A program made the position numbers and the translations under genes. The notes under the pieces are model-generated. The model was not told where the DNA came from and made no database searches. It saw only the letters and a list, made by a program, of their open reading frames with translations. From the IMG/VR virus record IMGVR_UViG_3300020426_000010, positions 1 through 41,834 of that record: DNA of 41,834 nt; one strand, written 5' to 3'. The stretch is from a virus. Taxonomy: Duplodnaviria; Caudoviricetes. Shown here piece after piece: positions 17,699-27,309 of the stretch (the first letter of the stretch is position 1; every line of letters starts with the position of its first letter).

Positions 17699-18051
17699 AG
17701 CGCATCCTCGCCGTCAGCCTTGTCGGCACTGCCCGGCAGCGATCCATTGATCACGGTGATGAGCGCCGCCTTCAACTGCGTGTCTCCGGTCAGCATCATA
17801 TCGGCCGCCTGATCGAGATCGATCTCCGGGTGATGACGATCCAGCGCGGCCGTCAGCACTGCGGCCAGGTCGCCGATCCGTGGGTTTTTCCCCGCCTCGA
17901 TCGTGGCCTTCAGCCGACCCATGAAGTCGAGCAGTGAGGTATCGAGTATCTCCTCGATCGCGAGCCAGGCGAGATTGTCGAGCACCAGCCGATAGGTCAC
18001 GTCTTCCAACGTGAAATCGGCCTCCGCCTTCAGGAAGGTCGCGCGACGCAT
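17551..18051 (-). CDS. Tail assembly chaperone gpG
   Basis: Between major tail and tape measure genes; YRLVLDNLAWLAIEE; low-complexity tail after LGN. Confidence 0.82.
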   Translation of the reverse strand: MRRATFLKAEADFTLEDVTYRLVLDNLAWLAIEEILDTSLLDFMGRLKATIEAGKNPRIGDLAAVLTAALDRHHPEIDLDQAADMMLTGDTQLKAALITVINGSLPGSADKADGEDALGNGQSPAPTGGTGKPSSQTGAAPGSRSRPSGKARPALPRSRSGAKAKS

Positions 18052-18473
18052 CAGACGGTCGGTGCCTGGCCGCGCGCGCCGGTCGGCTTGAGCGTCAGCG
18101 TGCAGGTCTGCTTGTCGGTCGATCCGGAAGGCAGGTCGCCGATTTCGTAGGTCGTGCCGAAGGCATTGAAGTCCACGTCCTCGGTGCCCGCCGCCGCCTT
18201 GACCAGCGCGGTAACGGCGATGGGCGATTCGGCGCTGGCGGTCATCGCGGCAAGGCAGGCGTCGTCGGTCGTGCTGCCCGCAACGTAATTCATCGTGATG
18301 ACGCAGTCGCCCAGCTCATAGAGATCTTCGGGCATGAACTCCTTAGCGACGATCGTGTCATGGTCGGTCGTACCGATCATGCCGCGCGTCATGTTGGGGA
18401 GTTTGACGTTGGTGACACCCGCCAGTTTGACTGCACCCAGATGGATGGTGGTGCCATGGGTAGTTTTGGCCAT
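18051..18473 (-). CDS. Major tail tube protein
   Basis: MAKTTHGT..TLTLKPTG; AGGAG RBS; position. Confidence 0.8.
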   Translation of the reverse strand: MAKTTHGTTIHLGAVKLAGVTNVKLPNMTRGMIGTTDHDTIVAKEFMPEDLYELGDCVITMNYVAGSTTDDACLAAMTASAESPIAVTALVKAAAGTEDVDFNAFGTTYEIGDLPSGSTDKQTCTLTLKPTGARGQAPTV

Positions 18474-18484
18474 TGCGATTGCTC

Positions 18485-18931
18485 CTAAGCTGCCAACTTT
18501 TCGATGTCCGTCCACATGGACTGGATGAAATAGGTCATTGCGCCGGGCGCTTCCTGGTCGAAGGCCGGACGGATAAAGGGATGGGCGGGGGCGTTGATCG
18601 TGCCGAGTTCGACGAAAACGATGTAATAGACATCATCGTCGTCGGTGATTTCCGGGCCGACATACATCGCATATTGATGGTCTGACGCGGGCGACAGGTC
18701 GTGAAGCCGCGATGACATGCGGTAATTCGATAGCTTATTGAGCGGCGCGATCGTGATGCTGCGCCGCGTCCGCCCCGTCCGTACTGGTGCGTTCGATGCC
18801 ATCTTGTTGCGCATCGGCGTCAAAGCGGCGCGCGCATTCTTCTCGAACAGCGCCTGCCCCATGCCCTGCCGGATCCGCTTGAGCGTGTCGCGCATATCCT
18901 GCGCGCCATCGAACCGCATCCGCATGTCCAT
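18485..18931 (-). CDS. HK97 gp10-like tail component
   Basis: NAPVRTGRTRRSI, FVELGT..PAHPFIRPAFD. Confidence 0.88.
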   Translation of the reverse strand: MDMRMRFDGAQDMRDTLKRIRQGMGQALFEKNARAALTPMRNKMASNAPVRTGRTRRSITIAPLNKLSNYRMSSRLHDLSPASDHQYAMYVGPEITDDDDVYYIVFVELGTINAPAHPFIRPAFDQEAPGAMTYFIQSMWTDIEKLAA

Positions 18932-19329
18932 CACAGCACCTCCCAGGTGAGCAACATGTCGATCGATCGGCGATAGATGCTGTCCCGCCCGCTGCCCGAA
19001 ATGGGCGGAATATCGATATCGGAATCGACGAAGCCCGCGCCGAACTGCACGCCGTCGCGCAAAGCCGCTTGTTCGATCGCCGCGATATAGGCGTCGCCGA
19101 TCCGACGGGTTTCCGCGAAACTTTCGGCCCAAATATCGGCCTGCACCCGTGGAGACTGTAGGCCGTCGAAACCGTCATGGTCATACCGGCGGCCAGGAGA
19201 GACGACCATCAACACCAGAGCGGGAAAGGGTTCGCCCTCCGGCCGATCGCCCCAGCTGATAGTCGCGACCATCGGCCCGACCGGACTGTCCGCCAGGCGC
19301 GCGCCATAGGCCTCCAGCGGATCGCTCAT
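18931..19329 (-). CDS. Tail terminator (DUF3168-like)
   Basis: ISWGDRPEGEPFPALVL, RVQADIWA. Confidence 0.8.
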   Translation of the reverse strand: MSDPLEAYGARLADSPVGPMVATISWGDRPEGEPFPALVLMVVSPGRRYDHDGFDGLQSPRVQADIWAESFAETRRIGDAYIAAIEQAALRDGVQFGAGFVDSDIDIPPISGSGRDSIYRRSIDMLLTWEVL

Positions 19330-19718
19330 GTCGCCACCCGCGTCGCGGTAAAGCCGAACCCCTCGTTGAACCCGATCTCCTCGATCGCGCTGATCTCCCA
19401 CGCCGGCCATTTCGCCGGATCGGGATCGCTCAGCGGATAGCGAATGCGATCGCGAATACTGACGGCGCGGGTGTCGCTATCGGCCAAAACATAGAAGCTC
19501 GCCGTTTGCGATCCGACCTGCTGCGCCGCCTCCCTGGGCTGCGCCGCGGCGCGCTGTTCGCTGCCCGCCCCGTACATCACATTGGCCGATCGATGCGCCT
19601 TCTCGCGCCATTCGGCATTGACGGTGCGATGGCCATACCCATCCTTCTCGCCACGGCGCACCTCGAACCGGATGCGCTTGTTGCGTCGGGCGGGCAGCAA
19701 GCGGCGATCGCCCATCAC
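19326..19718 (-). CDS. Head-closure / head-tail adaptor protein
   Basis: RIRFE..DGYG..W, DRIRY..WEISAI. Confidence 0.8.
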   Translation of the reverse strand: MMGDRRLLPARRNKRIRFEVRRGEKDGYGHRTVNAEWREKAHRSANVMYGAGSEQRAAAQPREAAQQVGSQTASFYVLADSDTRAVSIRDRIRYPLSDPDPAKWPAWEISAIEEIGFNEGFGFTATRVAT

Positions 19719-20260
19719 ATCCGCCTGAAACGATAATGATTGATAAGGTCATCGACGGCTGCAGGCACAGGCCCACCCGCCCGCGTGTAGAGATGTTCGA
19801 CCAGATAGCGGGTCGCCTGTCGCACATCTTGCGGGACAGCGGCCTGCTGCGCCTCGATCGTCGCCTCCGGATCGATATGACCGACCGTAGCCGTCACCGT
19901 AATCGCGCCGGGTACCGCGGCGGCACGCGGCCATCGCGCGCCGATAGATGGTGTCACAAATGTCCAGTCGTCCCGGACGAACGAGCGGAAATCTTCGAAA
20001 AGCTGGGTATCGCCCGCCGGATCGAGATAGTGGATCGCGATGCTCTCGGGGACCACAGGTATGGCGCGGATGCGCAATTCGCGCGGGAAACAGTCCAGGC
20101 TGAACGACATGGTCCTCTGCACCGCCACCACGCCATAGATGGTCTCGATCTGACGCGCGGCGATACGGATTAGATCCGCGATCGCGACATTGTCATCGGC
20201 CGTATCGACGCGAAGGTGGAGCTTCGCGTCGGCGACCGTGATCGGACCATCCATGGACAT
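19715..20260 (-). CDS. Head-tail connector (gp6-like)
   Basis: ITVADAKLHLRVD, VPQDVRQA..VEHLY. Confidence 0.9.
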   Translation of the reverse strand: MSMDGPITVADAKLHLRVDTADDNVAIADLIRIAARQIETIYGVVAVQRTMSFSLDCFPRELRIRAIPVVPESIAIHYLDPAGDTQLFEDFRSFVRDDWTFVTPSIGARWPRAAAVPGAITVTATVGHIDPEATIEAQQAAVPQDVRQATRYLVEHLYTRAGGPVPAAVDDLINHYRFRRM

Positions 20261-20265
20261 AGCGC

Positions 20266-20706
20266 TTAGGCCTGATTGGCCTGCGGGTTGTCGTGACCCC
20301 AGCCCTTGATCACCAGCGCGGCGATCGGGGTGCCGGTGCCATGCGTGCCGGAAAAATCGGCCAGCAGCTTGAGATAGCGCCGTCCGCCTTTGTAGCCGAA
20401 GCGATAGGCAGCGGCGTCGGCATGGGCCGCGATCAGCGCCTTGATGATGCCGCCGGTCCCGACCGAGGCCACGCCCAGCACGTCGCCGATATCGACCGCA
20501 TCATAGGTGACGTCGTCGTCGCTATGCGTGAGCTTGAACTCGATCTTGTTGGCACCGCTGAACGTGATACCACCCGCGCCGATCGCGAGCAGGATCTCCG
20601 CCGCGTCATAGCCGCGCAGGTCGATCGCTGCCGGCGTGTTATCGGCCGTCAGCACGGCATTGCCGATCGCGACCGCGACCGACATTGCGGAATGAATGTC
20701 CTTCAT
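20266..20706 (-). CDS. Capsid cement/decoration-like protein
   Basis: Follows capsid gene; AIDLRGY..LTHSDD..GYKGGRRYLKL beta-sandwich-like pattern. Confidence 0.6.
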   Translation of the reverse strand: MKDIHSAMSVAVAIGNAVLTADNTPAAIDLRGYDAAEILLAIGAGGITFSGANKIEFKLTHSDDDVTYDAVDIGDVLGVASVGTGGIIKALIAAHADAAAYRFGYKGGRRYLKLLADFSGTHGTGTPIAALVIKGWGHDNPQANQA

Positions 20707-20729
20707 CGAAGGTCTCCAAAAATTGCAGG

Positions 20730-20762
20730 AAAGGAAAAGCCGCCGGAGTTTCCCCCGGCGGC
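20730..20762 (-). terminator. Intrinsic terminator after major capsid gene
   Basis: Minus strand GCCGCCGG-GGGAAACT-CCGGCGGC-TTTTCCTTT. Confidence 0.75.
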
Positions 20763-20790
20763 CAGAAAGCCAGAAAGCCAGAAAGCCAGA
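20761..20790. repeat. 8-bp tandem repeat (GCCAGAAA) x3.75
   Basis: GCCAGAAAGCCAGAAAGCCAGAAAGCCAGA read directly. Confidence 0.9.
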
Positions 20791-20801
20791 CCGTCAGTCG
20801 A

Positions 20802-22085
20802 TCAGGCGGCACACTTCAGCAGCTTGATCGCCTCGAAATTGGTGACGCCGCCGCCAACGCGCTTCGTGGTGTAGAAATGGACGAACGGCTTGTTGGTGAA
20901 CGGATCGCGCAGGATGCGGACGCCCATGCGATCGGCGATCGTATAGCCGCGCTTGAAGTCGCCGAAGGCCACCGGAAACTTGTTAGCGCCCAGCGGATCC
21001 ATGAAGTCGTCGGTATAGACCGGCTTGCCCAGGACAGTGGCGACTTCGGCCGTGGCCGACGGGGGCGTCCACAGATAATTGCCCTCCCCATCCTTCCACT
21101 TGCGCATTTCGCCCATGACGGGGTCGGACGTCAGGAAAACCGCGCCGTTGCGATAGCCCTGCTTCAGCGCATAATAGAGGTCGATCATGGCGTCGGCGGG
21201 GTTCGACGCGGCGAAGGCTGCGGCCGCGCCGGTCTTGATGAAACCGATCTTGCCCCAGGCATAGCTCGCATTCGCAACCGTATCGTAATTGAGCAGACCG
21301 CGTGGCTTCTTGACGCCCGACCCGGTGATGAACGCCTCGCTTTCCTGCTCGGCAAACTCGATCGAGACCTCATCCGCCAGCCAGGCGGCGATATCGACGC
21401 GGGCGTCGTCCAGCAGCGTCTGCGTGGTGGCCGGGTTGGCATACAGCTCGCCGGTGTTGATCGCGATCTCGCGCAACGTCGGCGTGCCGGTCTCGCCGCG
21501 TTCGTCCTCTTCACCGACCCAGCCGGCACCAGCGCCGCCCATGCTCACCAGCTTCTTGTAGGTGTCGCCCGAAATCTGGACGACACGGGCCAACTGGCGA
21601 AATACGGATACCGCGCCCATGACGCGGTCGATGCCCTGTTCCATGTCGACGGGGACCAGATAGCCACCGTCCGGGTCGGACTGGGTGGTAAGGCCAGCCT
21701 GTACCTCCAGCGCGCGCATGTCGGCATCGATGGCGCGATCGCCGCGACGGAACCACGTATTGAAAGTCTGCGAATGCTGGCGCGCGGCAGGCGTCATGCT
21801 ATCGCCCGCGCCACCGCCCAGCTGCGCGGCGGTCAGCGCTGCCGACAGACGGTCGATCTCCGCATTGATCGGCTCGATCAGCGCGTTGGCTTCGGCCTGG
21901 GTAAGACGGCCCGAAATCGCCTCTTCATGCTTTGCGCGCATCGCTTCGACGGCAGCATTGATTTGCGCGATCATGGCCACGGGATTGTCAGCCTCGGCGC
22001 GCGGGGCGGCGAAAACGGCACGGGGCGTGGACGCGACAAGGGTCGCGCCGGCCGCCATCAGGGCGGCGCGGTTCAAATTCTTCAT
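20802..22085 (-). CDS. Major capsid protein, HK97 fold
   Basis: DGGYLVP, GWVGE, FITGSGVKKPRG, KDGEGNYLW, FGDF, RVGGGV. Confidence 0.96.
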   Translation of the reverse strand: MKNLNRAALMAAGATLVASTPRAVFAAPRAEADNPVAMIAQINAAVEAMRAKHEEAISGRLTQAEANALIEPINAEIDRLSAALTAAQLGGGAGDSMTPAARQHSQTFNTWFRRGDRAIDADMRALEVQAGLTTQSDPDGGYLVPVDMEQGIDRVMGAVSVFRQLARVVQISGDTYKKLVSMGGAGAGWVGEEDERGETGTPTLREIAINTGELYANPATTQTLLDDARVDIAAWLADEVSIEFAEQESEAFITGSGVKKPRGLLNYDTVANASYAWGKIGFIKTGAAAAFAASNPADAMIDLYYALKQGYRNGAVFLTSDPVMGEMRKWKDGEGNYLWTPPSATAEVATVLGKPVYTDDFMDPLGANKFPVAFGDFKRGYTIADRMGVRILRDPFTNKPFVHFYTTKRVGGGVTNFEAIKLLKCAA

Positions 22086-22096
22086 GGTGATTGCTC

Positions 22097-22990
22097 CTAT
22101 CGGGTGACGGTCGCGAGGAGCCCAGTGAGCGCCTCGGCAAGTTTGGGATCACCAGCGCCTGGCGTGGTGGGTTCCTCGGTGGCAGCGCCTGGCGTGCCCT
22201 TCAGATTCTTGATGCGCGCGCGCGCCTGGCTGCGCGTCATGCCAGCGCCAACCAGCGCCAGCTCCATGGATCGCAATTCATTGAGTGACCGGTCACTGGC
22301 CTGCGCCTTGGCATCGGTCTCGATCTGGTCCGCAGGCAGAAGTGCGTCGGCAAAGCCGCGTTCAATCGCCGTCGCGCCGGACATGAAGGTCTCGGCGTCC
22401 ATCCATTTGACGATCTGCTCGGCTTCGGCCCCGGCGCGCGCGGCGTAAACGCCGGTCATAGCGGCATCGAACGGCTCCATCCAGTCGGCGGTGGCGCGCA
22501 ATTCATGGCGGTTCCCGCCTGCGAAAACCCAACAATTATGGATCATCAGGAAGGACGCTGCGCCAATCTCGACCGTGTCCCCGGCCATGGCGATAATCGA
22601 CGCGGCCGACGCCGCCATCCCCATCACCTTGACCGTGATATTTTGCGGATGTTCGCGCAGCACGTTATAGACCGCGATGCCCTCGAACATGTCGCCGCCA
22701 TAGCTGTTGATATGGACTTCGACGTCGCGGTCGCCGATCGCGCGCAGTTGGGACTGCACCTTTTTGGCGGTCACACCTTCGCCCGACCAATAATCCTCAC
22801 CGATGCTGTCAAACATGGTGATGACATTGTCGCCCCTTGCGACGGCTCGAACACCGGCTGCAGCATCATAGCGGTCCAGCACCGACGCCGGCGTAAACGC
22901 CTGCACATTCTTATCGACGGGAAACGGCAGCGCGCCAGGGCGCGCGCCCGCAAACACGCGGGGCATGTTACGCATCTGGATCATTGTCAT
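22097..22990 (-). CDS. Head maturation protease, ClpP-related
   Basis: INSYGGDMFEG, AASAASIIAMAGD, LMIHN, ETFMS; start at 22990 after GAGAAGG. Confidence 0.92.
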   Translation of the reverse strand: MTMIQMRNMPRVFAGARPGALPFPVDKNVQAFTPASVLDRYDAAAGVRAVARGDNVITMFDSIGEDYWSGEGVTAKKVQSQLRAIGDRDVEVHINSYGGDMFEGIAVYNVLREHPQNITVKVMGMAASAASIIAMAGDTVEIGAASFLMIHNCWVFAGGNRHELRATADWMEPFDAAMTGVYAARAGAEAEQIVKWMDAETFMSGATAIERGFADALLPADQIETDAKAQASDRSLNELRSMELALVGAGMTRSQARARIKNLKGTPGAATEEPTTPGAGDPKLAEALTGLLATVTR

Positions 22991-24284
22991 CCTTCTCGGA
23001 TTTGTCAGACGTTCCGGCCGTGTTTGGCGGCGGGTAGTAGATGTCGCCGCCATCGCGCGGGTTCTGATCCTCCAACGCGCGCACTTCGTTGGGCGATGTC
23101 CAGCCCCACTGGAGCGCGATGGCATGGGCCGCATAGCGTGTTTTGATGTCCGTGCGGACCATCGCTGCACGGTTGAATCGTGCGTAGATCTTGGGATCCG
23201 CGATCATCGCGCTGATCGCCTCCTCCCACATCACCAGATGATCTTCCATGGTGTACGCGCTGAAGCCGTTCGACTTCTGCTCCAGCCCAGTCCCCCAATT
23301 GCTATCCGAACCGCTATTATCTCCTATCATGCTAGGCGGCACGCCGAAGAACATACAGATCTCGGACCGGGACAGCTTCTGCCCCTCGATCCACTGCATG
23401 TCAGTCGGGCTCATCGAAATGGTTTCCCATTTCAAGCCTTCCTCCAGCAGCAGAACGCCGCCATCCTTCTCACCGCCAGCCCGGAAATCGTCGAGCGAAC
23501 GCTGAAGCCGATCATAGGCCGGATCGCTCAGCTTCTTGTCGTCGGGCATCGACACTGCACCCGATGGCCGCGCGCCATGGCGGAACGTGGCGGCAACCTG
23601 ACGATCGCGTGCCTGCGCCTGGCCGATCGTCTCGCGGGCGTAAGTGAGCGGCGTCACGCCCGAATATCCATTCAAGGTCAGGCCATAGAGGTGAAACATC
23701 TCATCCTGGCCGACAGTGATGGGGGTGCCATTTTTGCGCACGACATCATATTCCAACAGCAGGTCATCCCGCTGCCGAACCGTCACCCGGTCAGGGTGGA
23801 TCGGAATCAGCGCGCGAACTTCGCCGCGCGAGATCACTTTCAGGGCAAAAGCATTACCGCGAAGCAGGACATGTGCCTGCATCATCCGCCTGAACTGGGC
23901 GGGCCTTTGCCAACCATTGGGTTTGCGCTGAATCAACTGCGCGACGGCGTGGTCAGACGCATCGGCGCGCGTGCGCTCATCGACGCGACTCTTGAAATCA
24001 ACCGGCAGGGTCGCAGCTTTCCCCGCAATCAGGCGGACGCAGCCGAACACCGCACCCTTCCGCATTGCCGTTTCCGGCGTCACCACCTCTCCAGACAGCC
24101 CGGCGTCGCCGCGCATCGCGGCCTCCAGTTCCTCCGAAGTCGTGATCGTAAAACCGCCATCCGGCGAGACAGATTGTGCCAACGGCCGCCCGCTCGCACC
24201 GAACGATAGCGGACGCCCGCCACCATCAATGCGTGCAGGTGCATCCCCGGCCGCGCGGCCGATGATGCGATCGAACAGGCTCAT
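22968..24284 (-). CDS. Portal protein, HK97 family
   Basis: AVFGCVRLIA, PNGWQ, LLRGNAF, LEEGLKW, FGVPP, SPNEVRALED. Confidence 0.95.
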   Translation of the reverse strand: MSLFDRIIGRAAGDAPARIDGGGRPLSFGASGRPLAQSVSPDGGFTITTSEELEAAMRGDAGLSGEVVTPETAMRKGAVFGCVRLIAGKAATLPVDFKSRVDERTRADASDHAVAQLIQRKPNGWQRPAQFRRMMQAHVLLRGNAFALKVISRGEVRALIPIHPDRVTVRQRDDLLLEYDVVRKNGTPITVGQDEMFHLYGLTLNGYSGVTPLTYARETIGQAQARDRQVAATFRHGARPSGAVSMPDDKKLSDPAYDRLQRSLDDFRAGGEKDGGVLLLEEGLKWETISMSPTDMQWIEGQKLSRSEICMFFGVPPSMIGDNSGSDSNWGTGLEQKSNGFSAYTMEDHLVMWEEAISAMIADPKIYARFNRAAMVRTDIKTRYAAHAIALQWGWTSPNEVRALEDQNPRDGGDIYYPPPNTAGTSDKSEKDDNDPDA

Positions 24285-24293
24285 GCAATCTCC

Positions 24294-26090
24294 TCAGAGC
24301 ACCCGCACGCCGCGTTGCTCATAGACGGATGGTCCCTCGGCTTCGTTGGCCAGGGCGATCGCGAAGGCCATGATCATGGCCACCGGATTGTCGATTTTCA
24401 GATGCGCTTGCCCGTCCGGTTTGTTCGGATAGACATTGTCCTTCTTGTCGGCGGCGGCGACGACGTTGGAAATCTGCCACTCCATCACCGGACAACCGCC
24501 ATGAGCGATCGTCCCAGCGCGCATCACCGCGTCCGTTTCCTTCATCGGGTCGCTGAACGTCAGGACGCCTTGTCGAACTTCGATCATCGGAACACCGCGC
24601 TTTGTCAGCGTGGTCGACAGCATTGTTGCCTGATGCGGGTCGTAGCCGACATGCTCGACCTGGAACCTCGTCGTGGCGTCCTCAATCGCCTCTATAATCT
24701 CGTCATAATCAATGATGTTGCCAGGTGTGACATCCAGGAGGCCGAGGGCATCCCAGCCCAAATAAGCTGGAACATTCTCGACCGTATCCGATGGCAGGAA
24801 GTAACGGTTGATGATGATCCAAGGATCGTCGATGGTCGCCTTGCTACCTACAGGTGGAAACAAGTAAACCATCGCCGCAATGTCAATTTTCGACGCCAGA
24901 TCGAGCGCAACGACGCACCGCCGACCCTGAAGCCTTGGCAGCAAAATCGCGTCTACCGCTCGGACGGGTATCTCCGCATCTTTGCACCGACGCCACGCCT
25001 CAATGTCGTAATAGGCCGACTTCGCTGAAACCCAAAGGTTAAGGTGCTTCGTCTTGATGGCGCCCGCTTTTCGCGGTGTCGCAATCGCATCTCGTATCCG
25101 TGCGCGCAGGAATTCGGCTTCCACCGAAATTCCCATATTGGGATTGGCCTTGCGCAGGGCCGATTCAGCTTTCCAATCGTCGCCCTCGTCGATGGTATAT
25201 TCGACGAAGAAGGTTTCATGCTCCAGCGGCGGGCCGGGCGGCAGTCCGAATTTCTTGCGGACGTTCGCTGCTTTATCTGTCACGCCGATACCGGCAAGCA
25301 GCTTTCGTTCGTCCTGGATCAGCGCATAACAGGGGCCAGCAAGGTTATCACCTGCCGTCGTGATGAGCAGCTGCAAAGGCTGATCACGGGCACCCATGCC
25401 CGTTTCCATTGTCTCCACCTGACCGTCGTCGGCATGTTCATGATATTCGTCGTGGATTGCGCAACTGGGCGATTGCCCATCGCCGGGATCGCCAATGATT
25501 GTTTCGAATTTCGATCCATCCGCGACCCGGACGATCGCCTTGGCGAGCACATCCAGACCGAAATGCTTTTTAAGCGCCGGCGTCTTTTCCACCATCAGCC
25601 GCGCGGGTTGGAACACCTCCCACGCCTGCTTCTCGTTGGTAGCGCCGACATAGACTTCCGCGCCACACTCACCATCGGCGCAGAGCATGTAGGTGCCGAT
25701 CCCGGCGGCAATTGCCGACTTTCCGTTCTTCCGAGGCACGACCAGAAAAAGGCGGCGAAACCGCCGTGTCCCTTTTCGCTCGCCCGAACGATGCACCCAC
25801 CCAAAGGTGATGCAGATGATCCAGACTTGCCATGGCTCGAGTGTGAGGCGCTCCCGCGATCGCGCCCACTTGCCCTTGCTGTGAGGCAATTTTTCGATGA
25901 AGCGGCATGGCCGAGATGCCTTCGCGACATCGAATTGAAACGGAAACTGCGCCCCGCGTGCCTTGCTGAGCTTCAGCTCATCAATGAACCGCCGGCACTG
26001 TAACCGGATCTGCAAACCGGCCGGGATCTTGCCGTTACAAACGTCGCTCGCATATTTGCGCGCGATCGCTGCATAATCCGGCCCGTCCAC
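24294..26090 (-). CDS. terL: Terminase large subunit
   Basis: LEPWQ, VPRKNGKS (Walker A), IHDEYHE (Walker B), ITTAG, KANP, LDLAS, KIDNPVA. Confidence 0.96.
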   Translation of the reverse strand: MDGPDYAAIARKYASDVCNGKIPAGLQIRLQCRRFIDELKLSKARGAQFPFQFDVAKASRPCRFIEKLPHSKGKWARSRERLTLEPWQVWIICITFGWVHRSGERKGTRRFRRLFLVVPRKNGKSAIAAGIGTYMLCADGECGAEVYVGATNEKQAWEVFQPARLMVEKTPALKKHFGLDVLAKAIVRVADGSKFETIIGDPGDGQSPSCAIHDEYHEHADDGQVETMETGMGARDQPLQLLITTAGDNLAGPCYALIQDERKLLAGIGVTDKAANVRKKFGLPPGPPLEHETFFVEYTIDEGDDWKAESALRKANPNMGISVEAEFLRARIRDAIATPRKAGAIKTKHLNLWVSAKSAYYDIEAWRRCKDAEIPVRAVDAILLPRLQGRRCVVALDLASKIDIAAMVYLFPPVGSKATIDDPWIIINRYFLPSDTVENVPAYLGWDALGLLDVTPGNIIDYDEIIEAIEDATTRFQVEHVGYDPHQATMLSTTLTKRGVPMIEVRQGVLTFSDPMKETDAVMRAGTIAHGGCPVMEWQISNVVAAADKKDNVYPNKPDGQAHLKIDNPVAMIMAFAIALANEAEGPSVYEQRGVRVL

Positions 26091-26104
26091 ATCAATCTAT
26101 ATCG

Positions 26105-26311
26105 TCAGCCGGCTTCGGCAGACGGTAGCGGCAATTCGATAAATTCGATCGAGCGGGACTGGCTGATATGCAGCGTGCGCTTGCTGTTCGGCGGGACGAT
26201 CTCTTCGGTCACGCCATGATGCTTATGGGTGCCACAATCGCTTTCGAAGTTGTCCCGGCTAACGACCCGAGTGGGCCAGCGATGGGTTTCCAATGTGATC
26301 GTCGTGGTCAT
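26105..26311 (-). CDS. 68-aa hypothetical protein between terS and terL
   Basis: AGGAAG RBS; fills the gap cleanly. Confidence 0.6.
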   Translation of the reverse strand: MTTTITLETHRWPTRVVSRDNFESDCGTHKHHGVTEEIVPPNSKRTLHISQSRSIEFIELPLPSAEAG

Positions 26312-26320
26312 GGAGCTTCC

Positions 26321-26833
26321 TCAAAAATCGTTGAATTCGTTTTCGGCTTGCGGCTTGTGCCCGGACGCCAGCTTCAAGGCCGCCGACGGATTGAGCATCA
26401 GCTCCCCCAAAAGCGACTGTGCATGGCGCAAGGCCTCCGACAACATCGCAACCGCTGGGTGGGCACGCTTCATGACTTTCCGCGCGATAACCGCACCATC
26501 CTTGCCAGTTTGCGCGATTTCACTGGTGAACGTGCAACCCTCGGTCTCGATCACGGCCTGATACATGGCGATCTGTTCAAGACGCAGTGCGAGCAGTCCG
26601 ACATGTTCCGCATGATGCGGACTGGACCGCTTTTGCTCTTCAAGGATGCCGGCGATTGCCGCGAAATACTGGCGCGCAATTTCCGATAAATGAAGCGGCG
26701 CGATCATTGGGCCGAGCGGCACATCCTGATTCACCTTCGCATCGCGATCCGGGCGATATGTGCCAGTGACCAGTTTGAGCGCCGGATCCTTACGTGGTCG
26801 TCCAGCCCCAGGTCGGGATCCGCCTCTAGCCAT
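26321..26833 (-). CDS. terS: Terminase small subunit, P27 family
   Basis: GGSRPGAGRPRK, LKLVTG, RAHPA, LMLNPSA. Confidence 0.9.
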   Translation of the reverse strand: MARGGSRPGAGRPRKDPALKLVTGTYRPDRDAKVNQDVPLGPMIAPLHLSEIARQYFAAIAGILEEQKRSSPHHAEHVGLLALRLEQIAMYQAVIETEGCTFTSEIAQTGKDGAVIARKVMKRAHPAVAMLSEALRHAQSLLGELMLNPSAALKLASGHKPQAENEFNDF

Positions 26834-26854
26834 CCCGCCTCACTTTTTACCTTT

Positions 26855-26936
26855 TGAATTTGACCGCGTAAGAATCTGGCTACCAGTGCGGTCCTCAGGG
26901 CGGTCAGGGCGAAGTTTTGACCCTCCCCCTCCCCTT
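26855..26936 (-). other. Putative cos packaging site
   Basis: Minus strand GGGGAGGGGGAGGGTCAAAACTT..GAGGACCG..TTCTTACGCGGTCAAATT between HNH and terS, like HK97-type cos regions. Confidence 0.65.
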
Positions 26937-26979
26937 GCTGCAGCCCCAAAGGGCCGAACAATTCAACGAATTGCAGACC

Positions 26980-27309
26980 TTACGGCCTATTCCTCTTCCG
27001 CGATCGCGCAGCCTCACGAGCCGTCTTGGCCTTGCTATGCTTGTCGCACAGCCCTTGATAGTTGCAGCGATCGTCGCTGCCGCCCTCAGCCTTGTTGCGC
27101 ACATGGTCGGCGATGACCGTGCGTCGAGGCGGCGTCACACCCGTCCGGATGCATTCGCGACACCAAGGTTCTTCGATGAGCACCTGCTTGCGCATTGCGT
27201 CATGCACGCCGCCATAGCCACGCTGCTGGCGGCTCTTGCCCTTCGATGAGGCCCATGGCACCGGCGGCGTCCAGCCAGGCGGCCGAAACCGCGGCGGCTG
27301 CACGGGCAT
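26980..27309 (-). CDS. Terminase-associated HNH endonuclease (HK97 gp74-like)
   Basis: EPWCREC, ADHV, GGSDDRCNYQGLCDKHSKAKT. Confidence 0.9.
   Translation of the reverse strand: MPVQPPRFRPPGWTPPVPWASSKGKSRQQRGYGGVHDAMRKQVLIEEPWCRECIRTGVTPPRRTVIADHVRNKAEGGSDDRCNYQGLCDKHSKAKTAREAARSRKRNRP

Noticed and set aside
20685-26003. Long + strand ORFs (587, 414, 319 aa) antisense to capsid, portal and terL
   Set aside because: Shadow ORFs opposite well-supported genes
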